Shown piece by piece: positions 8,523 to 17,450 of a stretch of DNA of 64,000 bases (position 1 is its first letter; each line of letters starts with the position of its first letter). Source of the DNA: a virus; IMG/VR virus record IMGVR_UViG_3300032373_000002, positions 51,449-115,448 of that record. One strand, written 5' to 3'. The translations under genes and the position numbers were made by a program. The notes beneath the pieces are model-generated. The model saw only the letters and a list, made by a program, of their open reading frames with translations, was not told the origin of the DNA and searched no databases.

Positions 8523-8550
8523 GAAGAGTAAACCGCAGCGAGGTCACCTC

Positions 8551-9034
8551 ATGAGCTACATCAGCGAACAGCAAGTCCTCGGCTACCTCGCATCCCTCAG
8601 CCTCGATGGGGTCGGGGAAGTGTTGAGGAACGCAGGCATCCTTCATCGCCTTCAGCAGCGTTGGGACGAAGAGCGTCCGATTCCTGGGGGGCCTGTCGTG
8701 GTCCCCGGCTATCCGTGGGAGCAGGACGTTGACCCGACCCCCCCAGCAGTACGAGTGGGACGTGTACCTGCTGGGAGTGAGGCAGGTCTCCGGACCCCAC
8801 AACACCCGCGACTACCAGAAGCTGACCGGCATCAAGGACATCCGCAAGATCACCGGCCGGGGGCTGCGGGACTCCAAAATGCTGTGGGAAGCCCTCCCCA
8901 AGCCGGGCAAGGGGCAGACGCTGTTGCCGGCGAACTCATACGGTTGCCTCTTGCCCGAAGCCGTCACCAAAGATCACGCCCTGGAAATCAAGGATACCTT
9001 GGAGCGTTCAGGCATCATCGTCGAGGTCCGCTGA
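8551..9034 (+). CDS. rplL: ribosomal protein bL12 (L7/L12)-like, split by a +1 frameshift at C7 (8738-8744)
   Basis: NTD-like MSYISEQQVLGYLASLSL; CTD motifs IKDIRKITGRGLRDSK and EAVTKDHALEIKDTLERSGIIVEVR in the +1 frame. Confidence 0.7.
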
Positions 9035-9069
9035 TGCCCGAAAATTATGTCCGCTGGAAGGCCCTGTAG

Positions 9070-9528
9070 GTGAGCAACATCATCAGCCCTCGCAATCCGT
9101 GGCTTCCCTCTGGGGTCCAGGCAACCAGGGCTGAGCTGGAGATCTTCTTCCTCCAAGTGTTGTTGAGCAAATACATCGGAGGGACCGCTTCGGTGAAGGC
9201 CATCCCGCTGCTGCTCCCGGAGACCATCCCGTGGTCGAGAGAGCACCCGTTCCAGCTTCTGATGGTCGTAGCAGACCAAGGGCTGATGCCCCAGTGGGTG
9301 AGGAACCTCAACAACTATGGGGTGGAAGAGGCGGGACTGGCGGTCGCTTTCAGCCGAGCCACGGCGCTCGACATCGTCCGCGCGGACAAGCAACAGATCC
9401 GCCAGTTTTTGGACAGCCTCCCCAAGTTCCAGCAAGTCTCCCCCTTCTGGGCGGCATTGTTCTGGGACCGCAGCTACGGGGAAGCCAGAATGGCCCAGCT
9501 TGAGAGACCCCGTAACAGGCTGGCATGA
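9070..9528 (+). CDS. hypothetical protein
   Basis: ORF coupled to next gene. Confidence 0.65.
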   Translation: MSNIISPRNPWLPSGVQATRAELEIFFLQVLLSKYIGGTASVKAIPLLLPETIPWSREHPFQLLMVVADQGLMPQWVRNLNNYGVEEAGLAVAFSRATALDIVRADKQQIRQFLDSLPKFQQVSPFWAALFWDRSYGEARMAQLERPRNRLA

Positions 9529-10307
9529 CCGAACCGAAGACCGGCTGGTGCATCGAAGAGGACAAGCTCCGTTACCACCCCCGCCGGATGAACCCCGAAG
9601 GGCGGCGGGAGACCCTGCAGGGCCTGATCCAAGGGAGCCTGTACTCCTCGCACCACGTTCCGGCAGACCTCCTCCCGATGGTATTCCTGCCGATCGCATT
9701 GGGGGGCTTGGCTCCGCCGGACGAGCTGGTCGAACAATTGTTGGGCCCCAAGCCTCCCGACGAGCCTGAGAGGCTCCCCGAAGCCCCAGTACTGGACAAG
9801 AGCCAGCTGCCCTCGGAGAACCCCCCCGAAGTGCCGGGAATCCTGGCCTACGATGAGAAGATGGCCCTCGAATGGCGGTGGGCTGAGGTCTCTGATGAGG
9901 ATTGGGCGGAACACAAGGCAGGGATCGACGAGGAGAACGCCCGACGCCAGGCTGCCTACACGCAAGAGGTCGCGGAGTATGAAGCGCGGCACCCCCTCTT
10001 AGAAAAAGCGAAGCGGGACCACCAAGCTGCCAGGGAGGCTTGGGAAGAAGAGGTTGCGCGGATCGAAGAGGGGAACGCGACCCTCAAGCAACGTCAGCAA
10101 GAATACCGAGACCAACAGGATTCTCTCAGCGAGGGGGCCTACGAGGAGATCGGAGTGTTCTTGGGGGACATGGGCCAGTCCTCCCCCGCAGGCATCAACG
10201 GCCATCCCATGTTCTTCAGCGTCCAGATCGTGCACAAAGAGGACTGGGAGCGGATATGGAAGGCTTGGAAAGCCGAGCACGAACGTCTCAAGAACCTCGA
10301 CGTCTGA
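9525..10307 (+). CDS. hypothetical protein, coiled coil
   Basis: ATGA coupling. Confidence 0.8.
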   Translation: MTEPKTGWCIEEDKLRYHPRRMNPEGRRETLQGLIQGSLYSSHHVPADLLPMVFLPIALGGLAPPDELVEQLLGPKPPDEPERLPEAPVLDKSQLPSENPPEVPGILAYDEKMALEWRWAEVSDEDWAEHKAGIDEENARRQAAYTQEVAEYEARHPLLEKAKRDHQAAREAWEEEVARIEEGNATLKQRQQEYRDQQDSLSEGAYEEIGVFLGDMGQSSPAGINGHPMFFSVQIVHKEDWERIWKAWKAEHERLKNLDV

Positions 10308-10349
10308 GGGTTCAGAGGTAAAGTGGGCATCGACCAAGAAGGAGACCTA

Positions 10350-11150
10350 ATGGGTGCAGGAAGGTTCAGCCTCAGCGGCTCCAGCGTGAGCGGCATCAGC
10401 TCCAGCATCGTCTGGGAGAACAGGCGAATCTGCTTTGATGTGGGCAACCCGTTCGAGGCGCTGAAGTGCGGCACAGTGCTCATCACCCACGGCCACCTGG
10501 ACCACGCCGGTGGCCTGCCTCAGCACTACAACATCCGGAAGATGCTGGGGCAGCGCACCACCTACGTCCTCCCCCGCCAGCTGTTGCAGGAGACCGTAGG
10601 GGTGCTGAAGGGCTGGGCTGGGATCCAAGAGGAGGAGTACACCAGCCCCATCTTCGTGCCGCTCGACATCGGGCAAGAGCACTGCCTGGGAGGCAAGCTC
10701 TGGGTCAAGCCCTTCTACACCGATCACCGCATCGACTCCCAAGGCTACCTGATCGTGGAGCGGCGCAAATCCCTCAAAGCCGAGTACAGAGGGCTGCCGG
10801 GAATGGGCCTGGGCAAGCTACGGCGAGGAGGGGTGGAGATCGACCAAGTGATCGACATCCCCATGATCGCGTACACCGGGGACACCCGCGCCACCATCTT
10901 CGAGCGCGGAGAGGAATGGCTCAACGCCGAGGTCGTCATCACCGAGTGTACCTTCCAGGGAGAGTCGATCAGCCCCAAACAGGCTGCTGCGCGGGGACAC
11001 ACCCACCTCAGCCAACTCGTCGAGCGAGAGGCGGCGTTTCGACACTGCGGTAAGTTGGTCTTGACCCACCGTTCGAAGCGGTACAGCCTGAAGGACATGA
11101 ACGAGGCCCTTCAGGCCACCCCCCTGGCTGACAAGGCCGTGTTTTTTTGA
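10350..11150 (+). CDS. rnz: ribonuclease Z-like MBL-fold hydrolase
   Basis: THGHLDH, AYTGDT, ECT, GHTH and THRSKRY motifs. Confidence 0.85.
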   Translation: MGAGRFSLSGSSVSGISSSIVWENRRICFDVGNPFEALKCGTVLITHGHLDHAGGLPQHYNIRKMLGQRTTYVLPRQLLQETVGVLKGWAGIQEEEYTSPIFVPLDIGQEHCLGGKLWVKPFYTDHRIDSQGYLIVERRKSLKAEYRGLPGMGLGKLRRGGVEIDQVIDIPMIAYTGDTRATIFERGEEWLNAEVVITECTFQGESISPKQAAARGHTHLSQLVEREAAFRHCGKLVLTHRSKRYSLKDMNEALQATPLADKAVFF

Positions 11151-11157
11151 GGCTGGT

Positions 11158-11760
11158 ATGATCGACAAGAAGTCCATGACCGTCGAGGGTTGCGAACCCC
11201 TGAGCTACTGCCCGGACCTGTTCGCGGACCAGGCAGACCGGCTGCTGGAGCTGGTTCGCCCCCAGCTCCTCAGCAGGACCGAAGTCCGGCAGGAGTGCTT
11301 CCTGAGCCCGACTCCCCGAGACTACACCTACGGTGTGGGGCGGGGGGCGAGGACCTACTCCAGCACCCCGATGTGCCGCGAGCTTCAGGAGTTCTTAAGC
11401 TCCGTGAGCATGGCGGTCAGCGTGTTCTGCGGCTACGGCATCGGGGCGAAGCGGTTCAATGCCGTCTTCGTGAATCAGTACCTGAACAAACGTCAGCACC
11501 TGGGGTGGCACGCCGACGACTCTCCGGAACAGGACCCCCACATGCCCATCGCCGTGGTCAGCTTTGGGCAGGCCCGTGAGATCTGGTGGCGCCCCAACGG
11601 CCAGAAGGGGGAGGTCCCTCCCTCTCAGCGCCAGATGCTGGAGCACGGAAGCCTGTTCGTGATGTCGCCGGGGTTCCAGGACCTGTACCAGCACCGGATC
11701 CCAAAGGGGGACCGAGAGATGGGGGAACGTCTCAGCTTCACGTTCCGTTGTTTCCGCTGA
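11158..11760 (+). CDS. alkB: AlkB-family 2OG-Fe(II) dioxygenase
   Basis: NxY, WHADD, HRIPK and RLSFTFR motifs. Confidence 0.9.
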   Translation: MIDKKSMTVEGCEPLSYCPDLFADQADRLLELVRPQLLSRTEVRQECFLSPTPRDYTYGVGRGARTYSSTPMCRELQEFLSSVSMAVSVFCGYGIGAKRFNAVFVNQYLNKRQHLGWHADDSPEQDPHMPIAVVSFGQAREIWWRPNGQKGEVPPSQRQMLEHGSLFVMSPGFQDLYQHRIPKGDREMGERLSFTFRCFR

Positions 11761-11918
11761 GACGTTCCCGGACCAAATAAACGACCCAACCCGAAACACT
11801 ACGGGTATGCTTCCGGCAGGGATAGGTCAATAGTCCGACCCCGCCGGACTTTCCGGTGAGGGGAAATAATAGAACTATCCCTGCTTCAAGGTGAGTCACT
11901 GACGACCAGGAGTACGCC

Positions 11919-13328
11919 GTGGAAATTCCTTCTTGGGCGAGTGAGGTTTGGGATACCTATTCGGAAGAGTTGCTGGCGAGGATGCGCCAAGACCCTCGAA
12001 TCAGCCTTGGCCGGCCAACGATCCGCAAGATCACCGGGCTCAACGGACACAAGGCAGCGCTTCTCGCAAAGATGATCAAACAGGGCCAGTTCGGCCCTGT
12101 TCTGCATTCGGAGACCTCTGAATCCTCAGACGGAGGCTCCAAGGTTGAAGCGGAGGAAGACGAGAACAAGCGGACGGTTCTCGTCAAAGGCACGGGGGAG
12201 GTCACCAACCTCAAGGAATTGATCTCCGTCAGCGGAACAGACGTGGCCAAGTGGCGCCCCGTCCGGCACAAGGTCAATACCTGGACCACAGCGATGGGCG
12301 GCGACGACGGTCCGATCACCGTCCGCAATTGGCAGGTCAAGGCAGACTTCGAGCCGCGCCGCGATTTTGGCGTCCGGATGCCGAAGTTTAGCGAGCCGCT
12401 GCAGCGAGTGCCTCGCGAGTCGGAAGCCGCTCCCCCCACGGAGCGGTGCTTGCTTATCGGAGACCCGCAGTTTGGCTTCCGGCGCACCCGGAAGGGCTAC
12501 CTGGAGCCGCTCCATGACCGTCGAGTGCTTGACGTGGCCCTCCAGATCGCTGCCGAGGAACAGCCTGACTACATCCTGTTCACTGGCGACATGCTCGACC
12601 TGGCCGAGCTGAGCACCAAGTACCCGCGACCCATCGAGCTGCTCGACACCACCGACCCGAGCTTCGCCGAGGCCCGTTGGTGGTTGGCCAGCTTCCGACG
12701 CACCTGCCCGCAGTCCCGCATCATCTGCCTCGAAGGCAACCACGACGATCGAGTGCTCCGTGCGGTACGGGCTGCTGTTCCGGCCCTGGCTACCCTCCAG
12801 GCCCCCGGGGACGACAAGCCTGCCCTCGACTTCAGTCGTTTGCTGGGCTGCGACGACCTGGACATCGAGTGGGTCGGCCCCTACGGTGAGAGCTTCTGGC
12901 TGTGGGATGCGGTCGAGTTCACTCACGGGGATACCGTCCGGTCGGGTTCGGGCGGCACGGTAGCTGCCGAGTCCAAGGGACTGACCCACTCCAAGGTGTT
13001 CGGTCACGTCCACCGGGTCGAGGTCGCCCACCGGACCCTCTGGGGACCCAAAGGCCCCCACCAGGTGTTCGCGGCCACCCCAGGATGCGCGTGCAGGCTT
13101 GCCAAGGGTCTGGTCCCCAGCGTCAAGCCCAAGAACAACTGGCAACAGGCCGTGGGAATGATCACCTGGGACAAGGAAGCGGGCCAGGAGCACATCACCA
13201 TGGAGCTGGTCAACAAGGGTCGCTGCTGGTGGAAGGGCGGTCTGATCGCAGCTCAGGACCAGACCGCAGCCATCGAGAAGGGGATCGGCTGGCCCATGCG
13301 TAAGGACTGGCTCCGCCCCGAAGAGTGA
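11919..13328 (+). CDS. calcineurin-like metallophosphoesterase
   Basis: GDPQ, GDMLD, GNHD, HG and GHVHR motifs. Confidence 0.9.
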   Translation: MEIPSWASEVWDTYSEELLARMRQDPRISLGRPTIRKITGLNGHKAALLAKMIKQGQFGPVLHSETSESSDGGSKVEAEEDENKRTVLVKGTGEVTNLKELISVSGTDVAKWRPVRHKVNTWTTAMGGDDGPITVRNWQVKADFEPRRDFGVRMPKFSEPLQRVPRESEAAPPTERCLLIGDPQFGFRRTRKGYLEPLHDRRVLDVALQIAAEEQPDYILFTGDMLDLAELSTKYPRPIELLDTTDPSFAEARWWLASFRRTCPQSRIICLEGNHDDRVLRAVRAAVPALATLQAPGDDKPALDFSRLLGCDDLDIEWVGPYGESFWLWDAVEFTHGDTVRSGSGGTVAAESKGLTHSKVFGHVHRVEVAHRTLWGPKGPHQVFAATPGCACRLAKGLVPSVKPKNNWQQAVGMITWDKEAGQEHITMELVNKGRCWWKGGLIAAQDQTAAIEKGIGWPMRKDWLRPEE

Positions 13329-13360
13329 GAACACCGCCTCCGTTTTGGGCGGTGTTCTCA
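13326..13360 (+). terminator. stem-loop after phosphoesterase gene
   Basis: TGAGAACACCGCC...GGCGGTGTTCTCA. Confidence 0.55.
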
Positions 13361-13489
13361 ACATCCATGGCAATTCTGGCGCGTTTTTGGCCAGAATTGC
13401 CATTTCTTATTCCATCTTTTCCCGTAAGGTGAGGGCAGGAGGACGGCAAAATGTTTTCCTGACCCCACCCCTGAACGGAGTCGAACGAG

Positions 13490-14389
13490 ATGAGAACCGC
13501 GATCCTACTACTGACTGCCCTGACGGCTGCCTGCACCTCCCCCGCCACCGCACTGATCAACGACTACGATCCGGGATCTCTTTACGGGGGTTCAAGCTCC
13601 GGCCAGGTCGGGGAAGCCTACGAAGATGATGACGGAGACGGGTTCACCGAGGAAGAAGGGGACTGCCAGGACGACGTCCCGGCAGTGAACCCCTACGCCA
13701 CCGATCTGTACGGGGACGGGGTCGACCAGAACTGCGACGGGGTCGACGGGGTCGATGCCGACCAGGACGGATTCGCCTCCGAACTGAGTGGGGGGACGGA
13801 CTGCGATGACACCGACTATGCCATCAACCCCGAGGCTGCTGAGGTGCCGCACGACGGCACGGATCAGGACTGCAGCGGACCCGAAGGCGAAGCCCAGGAG
13901 TGCGACCTGGACGGCGACGGCTACTGGCACAACGGTGCTTACTGTGGGGGCGGCGACTGCGACGACTTCGACGGCACCCAGAACCCGGCTGCCATGGAAG
14001 ACAACACCAACGGCATCGATGACAACTGCAACGGGCTGGTCGACGGGATGCGGTTCGACATGGAGTTCACCGTCCCCGGTGATGAGGGCTGGATGGGACC
14101 CAAGGTGACCGTCTCCGACGCCGCTGAAGGGACCTGGACGATCGAGTTCGACATCGCGGACGGCTTCTACACCGAGACGCACCGCTGGAACACGGCAGAG
14201 CAGGAGAGCTGTGACATCGCTTGGCGGGACAGCAACTCCCAACCCGAGAGCTGCACCACCACGAACATCTCCTCCGGCAACTTCGACGAGCAGACCACCT
14301 ACACCCTCACCAGCCCGGACGGAGACTGCTGGAGCTGGGGCTACGCTCCGAACAACAACTGCTCGGACGAGAACCCCCACCTCTGGTGA
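13490..14389 (+). CDS. lipoprotein with MopE-related/putative metal-binding repeats
   Basis: Lipobox LTAAC; repeats DxDGDG...DCDD...NP...DG.D.NC.G. Confidence 0.85.
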   Translation: MRTAILLLTALTAACTSPATALINDYDPGSLYGGSSSGQVGEAYEDDDGDGFTEEEGDCQDDVPAVNPYATDLYGDGVDQNCDGVDGVDADQDGFASELSGGTDCDDTDYAINPEAAEVPHDGTDQDCSGPEGEAQECDLDGDGYWHNGAYCGGGDCDDFDGTQNPAAMEDNTNGIDDNCNGLVDGMRFDMEFTVPGDEGWMGPKVTVSDAAEGTWTIEFDIADGFYTETHRWNTAEQESCDIAWRDSNSQPESCTTTNISSGNFDEQTTYTLTSPDGDCWSWGYAPNNNCSDENPHLW

Positions 14390-14525
14390 GAACTGCCAGC
14401 CCCGCAGGAGAAGAAATGCGTGTAGTCCCTGTGTGTGTCCCGACCACCTGCCTGTGGGGTACAGCGGCAAAGGTCGGTATCCCTCCAGGTAAAACCGGGG
14501 AGCCTCTCACCCCCAGGAGCCCTAC

Positions 14526-15209
14526 TTGCTCAGCAGACCCGCCATCAAGCGCCTCATGGAAGCCGGACTCATCGAGGTCGAGCCGGAACCTGTCAACATC
14601 GGCCCCAACTCCATCGACCTCCGCATGGGGGCCTCCCTCAAGCGGTACGACCGAGGCGGGTTCATCCCCTACACGGATGAGGCTGGGAAGGTTCACCGGG
14701 CCATCGACCCCACGGACCCTCCGGCATTGGTAGACCTGCCACCCCAACGGATGTTCAACCGCAAGACCAATCGTTGGGCAGAGGGTTGGCTCCTCACGCC
14801 AGGGGATTTCTACATCGGGACCACCCTGGAGAAGACCACCTGTAAGGGGGTGGTGCCTCACCTTGATGGGCGGTCCACCTGCGGACGCCTGGGCATCGAG
14901 GCGCATAAAACCGCTGGAGTCGGAGATAATGGGTTTAGTGGATTTTGGACCTTAGAGATCCAAGCCGCCGAGCCGATTTTTCTCCGACCCGGCGACCGAC
15001 TCTTCCAGGTGTACTTCACCCCCTGCTGGTCAACAGCCTTCGCTGAAATCCTCATCCGACAAGACGCGAGGAGCCTCAATCAAGAGGCTCTGCAGAGCCT
15101 CTTGTATGGGGAGTTGGCTCTGCTGGAGACTGAGGACCTGTACGCCCAAGACGGGCGAGGCCACTACTCTGCCGACAACGCCGCGAGGGCTGCAGCTCCC
15201 CTGGATTAA
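14526..15209 (+). CDS. dcd: dCTP deaminase
   Basis: PNSIDLR, GRSTCGRLG, AGVGDNGFSGFWTLEI motifs. Confidence 0.9.
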   Translation: MLSRPAIKRLMEAGLIEVEPEPVNIGPNSIDLRMGASLKRYDRGGFIPYTDEAGKVHRAIDPTDPPALVDLPPQRMFNRKTNRWAEGWLLTPGDFYIGTTLEKTTCKGVVPHLDGRSTCGRLGIEAHKTAGVGDNGFSGFWTLEIQAAEPIFLRPGDRLFQVYFTPCWSTAFAEILIRQDARSLNQEALQSLLYGELALLETEDLYAQDGRGHYSADNAARAAAPLD

Positions 15210-15223
15210 TCCTGGGGGCAGCG

Positions 15224-15667
15224 ATGGCTGGTACGGTTCAGATTGATGGCAAGTGGTACTACGCGGAGTGGGACGAAGAGAACCAAGAAGCCCACATCCT
15301 GGGATACTGCCGGAGCTGGGAAGACACCTACGGAGTCCTGGAGTCCCCCTTCGGCCGCGAAGAGATCTGCAGCGAGTACGGCCACGACTTCTTGAGAGTG
15401 TACGCGGCTGCCCGCAACGAGGCCCTCCCTTTCAAGGAATACTACCATGGGGAGGGCCACGACACTGCGGAAGAAGCTCTTGAGTGCTACCGGCAGTTCC
15501 TCTTGGATCAAGACTACGGGGTGGCCTACTCAGACCACTACTTGCTGCCCTGCAAGGAGTGCGGAGAGATGACCAACGAGATTGTGTGGGTCCAGGGGGA
15601 GCTCTTGGGGTACTTTTGTGAGAAGCACCAAGGTCCCGACTCGGTCCGGTCTCACATCAAGCTCTGA
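15224..15667 (+). CDS. hypothetical protein with C-terminal Zn finger
   Basis: CKEC...CEKH. Confidence 0.75.
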   Translation: MAGTVQIDGKWYYAEWDEENQEAHILGYCRSWEDTYGVLESPFGREEICSEYGHDFLRVYAAARNEALPFKEYYHGEGHDTAEEALECYRQFLLDQDYGVAYSDHYLLPCKECGEMTNEIVWVQGELLGYFCEKHQGPDSVRSHIKL

Positions 15668-15674
15668 GGGAAGC

Positions 15675-15863
15675 GTGAAAGCCTACGACGGAAAGCACAT
15701 TTGGAACTGCCTGCCTGAGAAGTATCGGTGGACCGCCCACAACCTCGTCGGCCACCCGCTCAGTGAGGTCCTGCACTTGATGGGAAGTCGGCGCTGGTCC
15801 AAGTGGGCTCACGACGTGACCCTTCCCTTCCACTTCCCTGGAGGCGACGACCCTCGGGGGTAG
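15675..15863 (+). CDS. small hypothetical protein
   Basis: GAGG RBS; HNLVGHPLSE motif. Confidence 0.65.
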   Translation: MKAYDGKHIWNCLPEKYRWTAHNLVGHPLSEVLHLMGSRRWSKWAHDVTLPFHFPGGDDPRG

Positions 15864-15895
15864 GTAACAGGAGGCACCTTCAACCCTGGAGAAGC

Positions 15896-16408
15896 ATGCA
15901 CACCAAATTCATCCTCGCAGCGGCGGCAATCGCCCTGGTGGGGGGCGTTGCCTCGGCGACGGTCCCTGATGTGGGTCGCCCCATCCACCCCAACGCAACG
16001 GCAGAAGACGCTGACCTGGATCAGCTCCACCGGGTCTTCGTGGACGACCAGGGCAACTGGACGACCGAGACCCAGGACCTGGAGGCTTGGGCTTCGGGTG
16101 CGGGTCCCCTCGACTCCATCTGGACGGGCACAGGCATCCTGTTCAACGCCGACATCAACATGTTCCGAGCATGCTCCTGCGCCTTCGACCACGAAGCCGA
16201 CGGCGCTCCCAGCTGCGGCGGGAGCGAAAGCTGCCAGTGGGTTTTGGCGGCACCCGACTCCAACGGCCACCGCAGCCCTTGGTGTACCGGGTCTTGCAGC
16301 GGGTCCGGACCCGACTGCGACTCCTTCTGCTCTCCTCGAACCCTGCACGGGGACGGAGGGGTCGTCGCCGACATGATCCTGGAACACGTCCTGGACGGCG
16401 GACGCTGA
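15896..16408 (+). CDS. secreted Cys-rich protein
   Basis: Signal peptide; 8 Cys; Cys pattern similar to 51409. Confidence 0.75.
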   Translation: MHTKFILAAAAIALVGGVASATVPDVGRPIHPNATAEDADLDQLHRVFVDDQGNWTTETQDLEAWASGAGPLDSIWTGTGILFNADINMFRACSCAFDHEADGAPSCGGSESCQWVLAAPDSNGHRSPWCTGSCSGSGPDCDSFCSPRTLHGDGGVVADMILEHVLDGGR

Positions 16409-16449
16409 CCCAGGCTTGGGTCCCCGGTAATAAGTCTTGCCTAAAGGGC

Positions 16450-16478
16450 TTGACCCCACTCTACCAGTAGGGTAAAGC
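16450..16478 (+). promoter_or_regulatory. sigma70-like promoter of the tRNA-mimic array
   Basis: TTGACC-N17-TAAAGC. Confidence 0.5.
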
Positions 16479-16503
16479 CACAAGGCTCGGTCTTTTACAA
16501 CTT

Positions 16504-16636
16504 GGGGTGATACAGCAGGTTGGTCCTGCAATGGTCTGTTAAACCACCAATCACCAGGCTTCTTCCTCGCTCGGCTTGACCTCTGAGCACCACGGATAGC
16601 CCTACAAGCATCGAGGTTCGATTCCTCGTCACCCCA
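16504..16636 (+). ncRNA. tRNA-Asn(GTT)-like RNA with ~60-nt insertion in the variable loop
   Basis: GGGGTGA/TCACCCC; TGGT-CTGTTAA-ACCA; T-arm CGAGG-TTCGATT-CCTCG. Confidence 0.75.
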
Positions 16637-16669
16637 CTCGCCGCTGAAGCACACGGCATGAGCCTACAA

Positions 16670-16743
16670 GCAAAGTAGCTCAATCGGTTGAGCATTCGAT
16701 TCGTACTCGAAAGGTTGTTGGTTCAATTCCAACCCTTGCGCCA
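16670..16743 (+). tRNA. tRNA-Thr(CGT)-like with short, imperfect acceptor stem
   Basis: TTCGA-TTCGTAC-TCGAA; D and T arms; CCA end. Confidence 0.7.
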
Positions 16744-16782
16744 AATACAAGCTCCGCCACTCGCTTCAACGGCACCCTTTCT

Positions 16783-16921
16783 GCGGGAGTCGCCGGATGG
16801 TCCGGCACCAGCCTACCCAGCTGTTCAACGCAACTCTCAGAGGCTGACCTCGCGTACCTCGCTAAGTACGCACCTTCGGTCCTCCTACAAGCCTTCGTAG
16901 GTTCGATTCCTACCTCCCGCT
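16783..16921 (+). ncRNA. tRNA-Gly-like body with expanded anticodon and variable regions
   Basis: GCGGGAG/CTCCCGC with U73; D-stem GCCGGA/TCCGGC; T-arm GTAGG-TTCGATT-CCTAC. Confidence 0.75.
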
Positions 16922-16950
16922 CTTGGATCCTCGCTCTTTGCACGCAGCCT

Positions 16951-17038
16951 ACAAGCAATGCCGAACGGTTCAGGCAATCGACTGAAACTCGATCGAGGTG
17001 GGTGACCACCTTTGTAGGTTCGAATCCTACTGCTCTCG
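16951..17038 (+). tRNA. class II-like tRNA mimic, anticodon GAA, 4-bp acceptor
   Basis: ATCGA-CTGAAAC-TCGAT; variable arm AGGTGG/CCACCT; T-arm. Confidence 0.6.
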
Positions 17039-17085
17039 CTACAGAGATCAACCAGCTGCTGCCCTCGCGAAGATCCAACCCCCTA

Positions 17086-17125
17086 ACAAAGAAACCCCCG
17101 GCTGTTAGGCCGGGGGTTTCTTTGT
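17086..17125. terminator. bidirectional intrinsic terminator
   Basis: ACAAAGAAACCCCCGGC-loop-GCCGGGGGTTTCTTTGT. Confidence 0.9.
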
Positions 17126-17133
17126 CGGTTCGG

Positions 17134-17322
17134 TCAGTCTCGGCTGAGGACGATGGCGGCGCGGGTCTCGTTGCCGACCTCGACGAACTCCCGAATACGG
17201 TCCAGGCTCTCCTGGCTGCCAACGATGCTCTTCTCTTCGGGGGTGAGCTGCTCGAAGTCCCAGCCGATGGCGCGGAAGCTGTACTCAAGGATGCCTGCGA
17301 TGCGGTCTGTGATGGTGCTCAT
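17134..17322 (-). CDS. hypothetical protein
   Basis: GGAG/AGGA RBS. Confidence 0.7.
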   Translation of the reverse strand: MSTITDRIAGILEYSFRAIGWDFEQLTPEEKSIVGSQESLDRIREFVEVGNETRAAIVLSRD

Positions 17323-17450
17323 GGGGGTCCTGCTCCTTCTTTGTTGGACGCTTGAGCTTACGGAGCACCCTTCGATCGATTTCCCGACCGGTCGGATCGG
17401 TTAGCGAAACCTCGATCGACCCCCTGAGAGGCTTATAGCTGCGGGTTGGC

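Larger units (their letters stand above)
16565..16956 (+). repeat. 4 copies of module CTCGC-hairpin-GCAC-N4-10-CCTACAAGC
   Basis: CCTACAAGC at 16601, 16663, 16884 and 16948. Confidence 0.85.

Noticed and set aside
16565-16956. CRISPR array from the CCTACAAGC repeats
   Set aside because: The core is only 9 nt, spacing is irregular (62, 221, 64), the intervening sequence is tRNA-like, and there are no cas genes.
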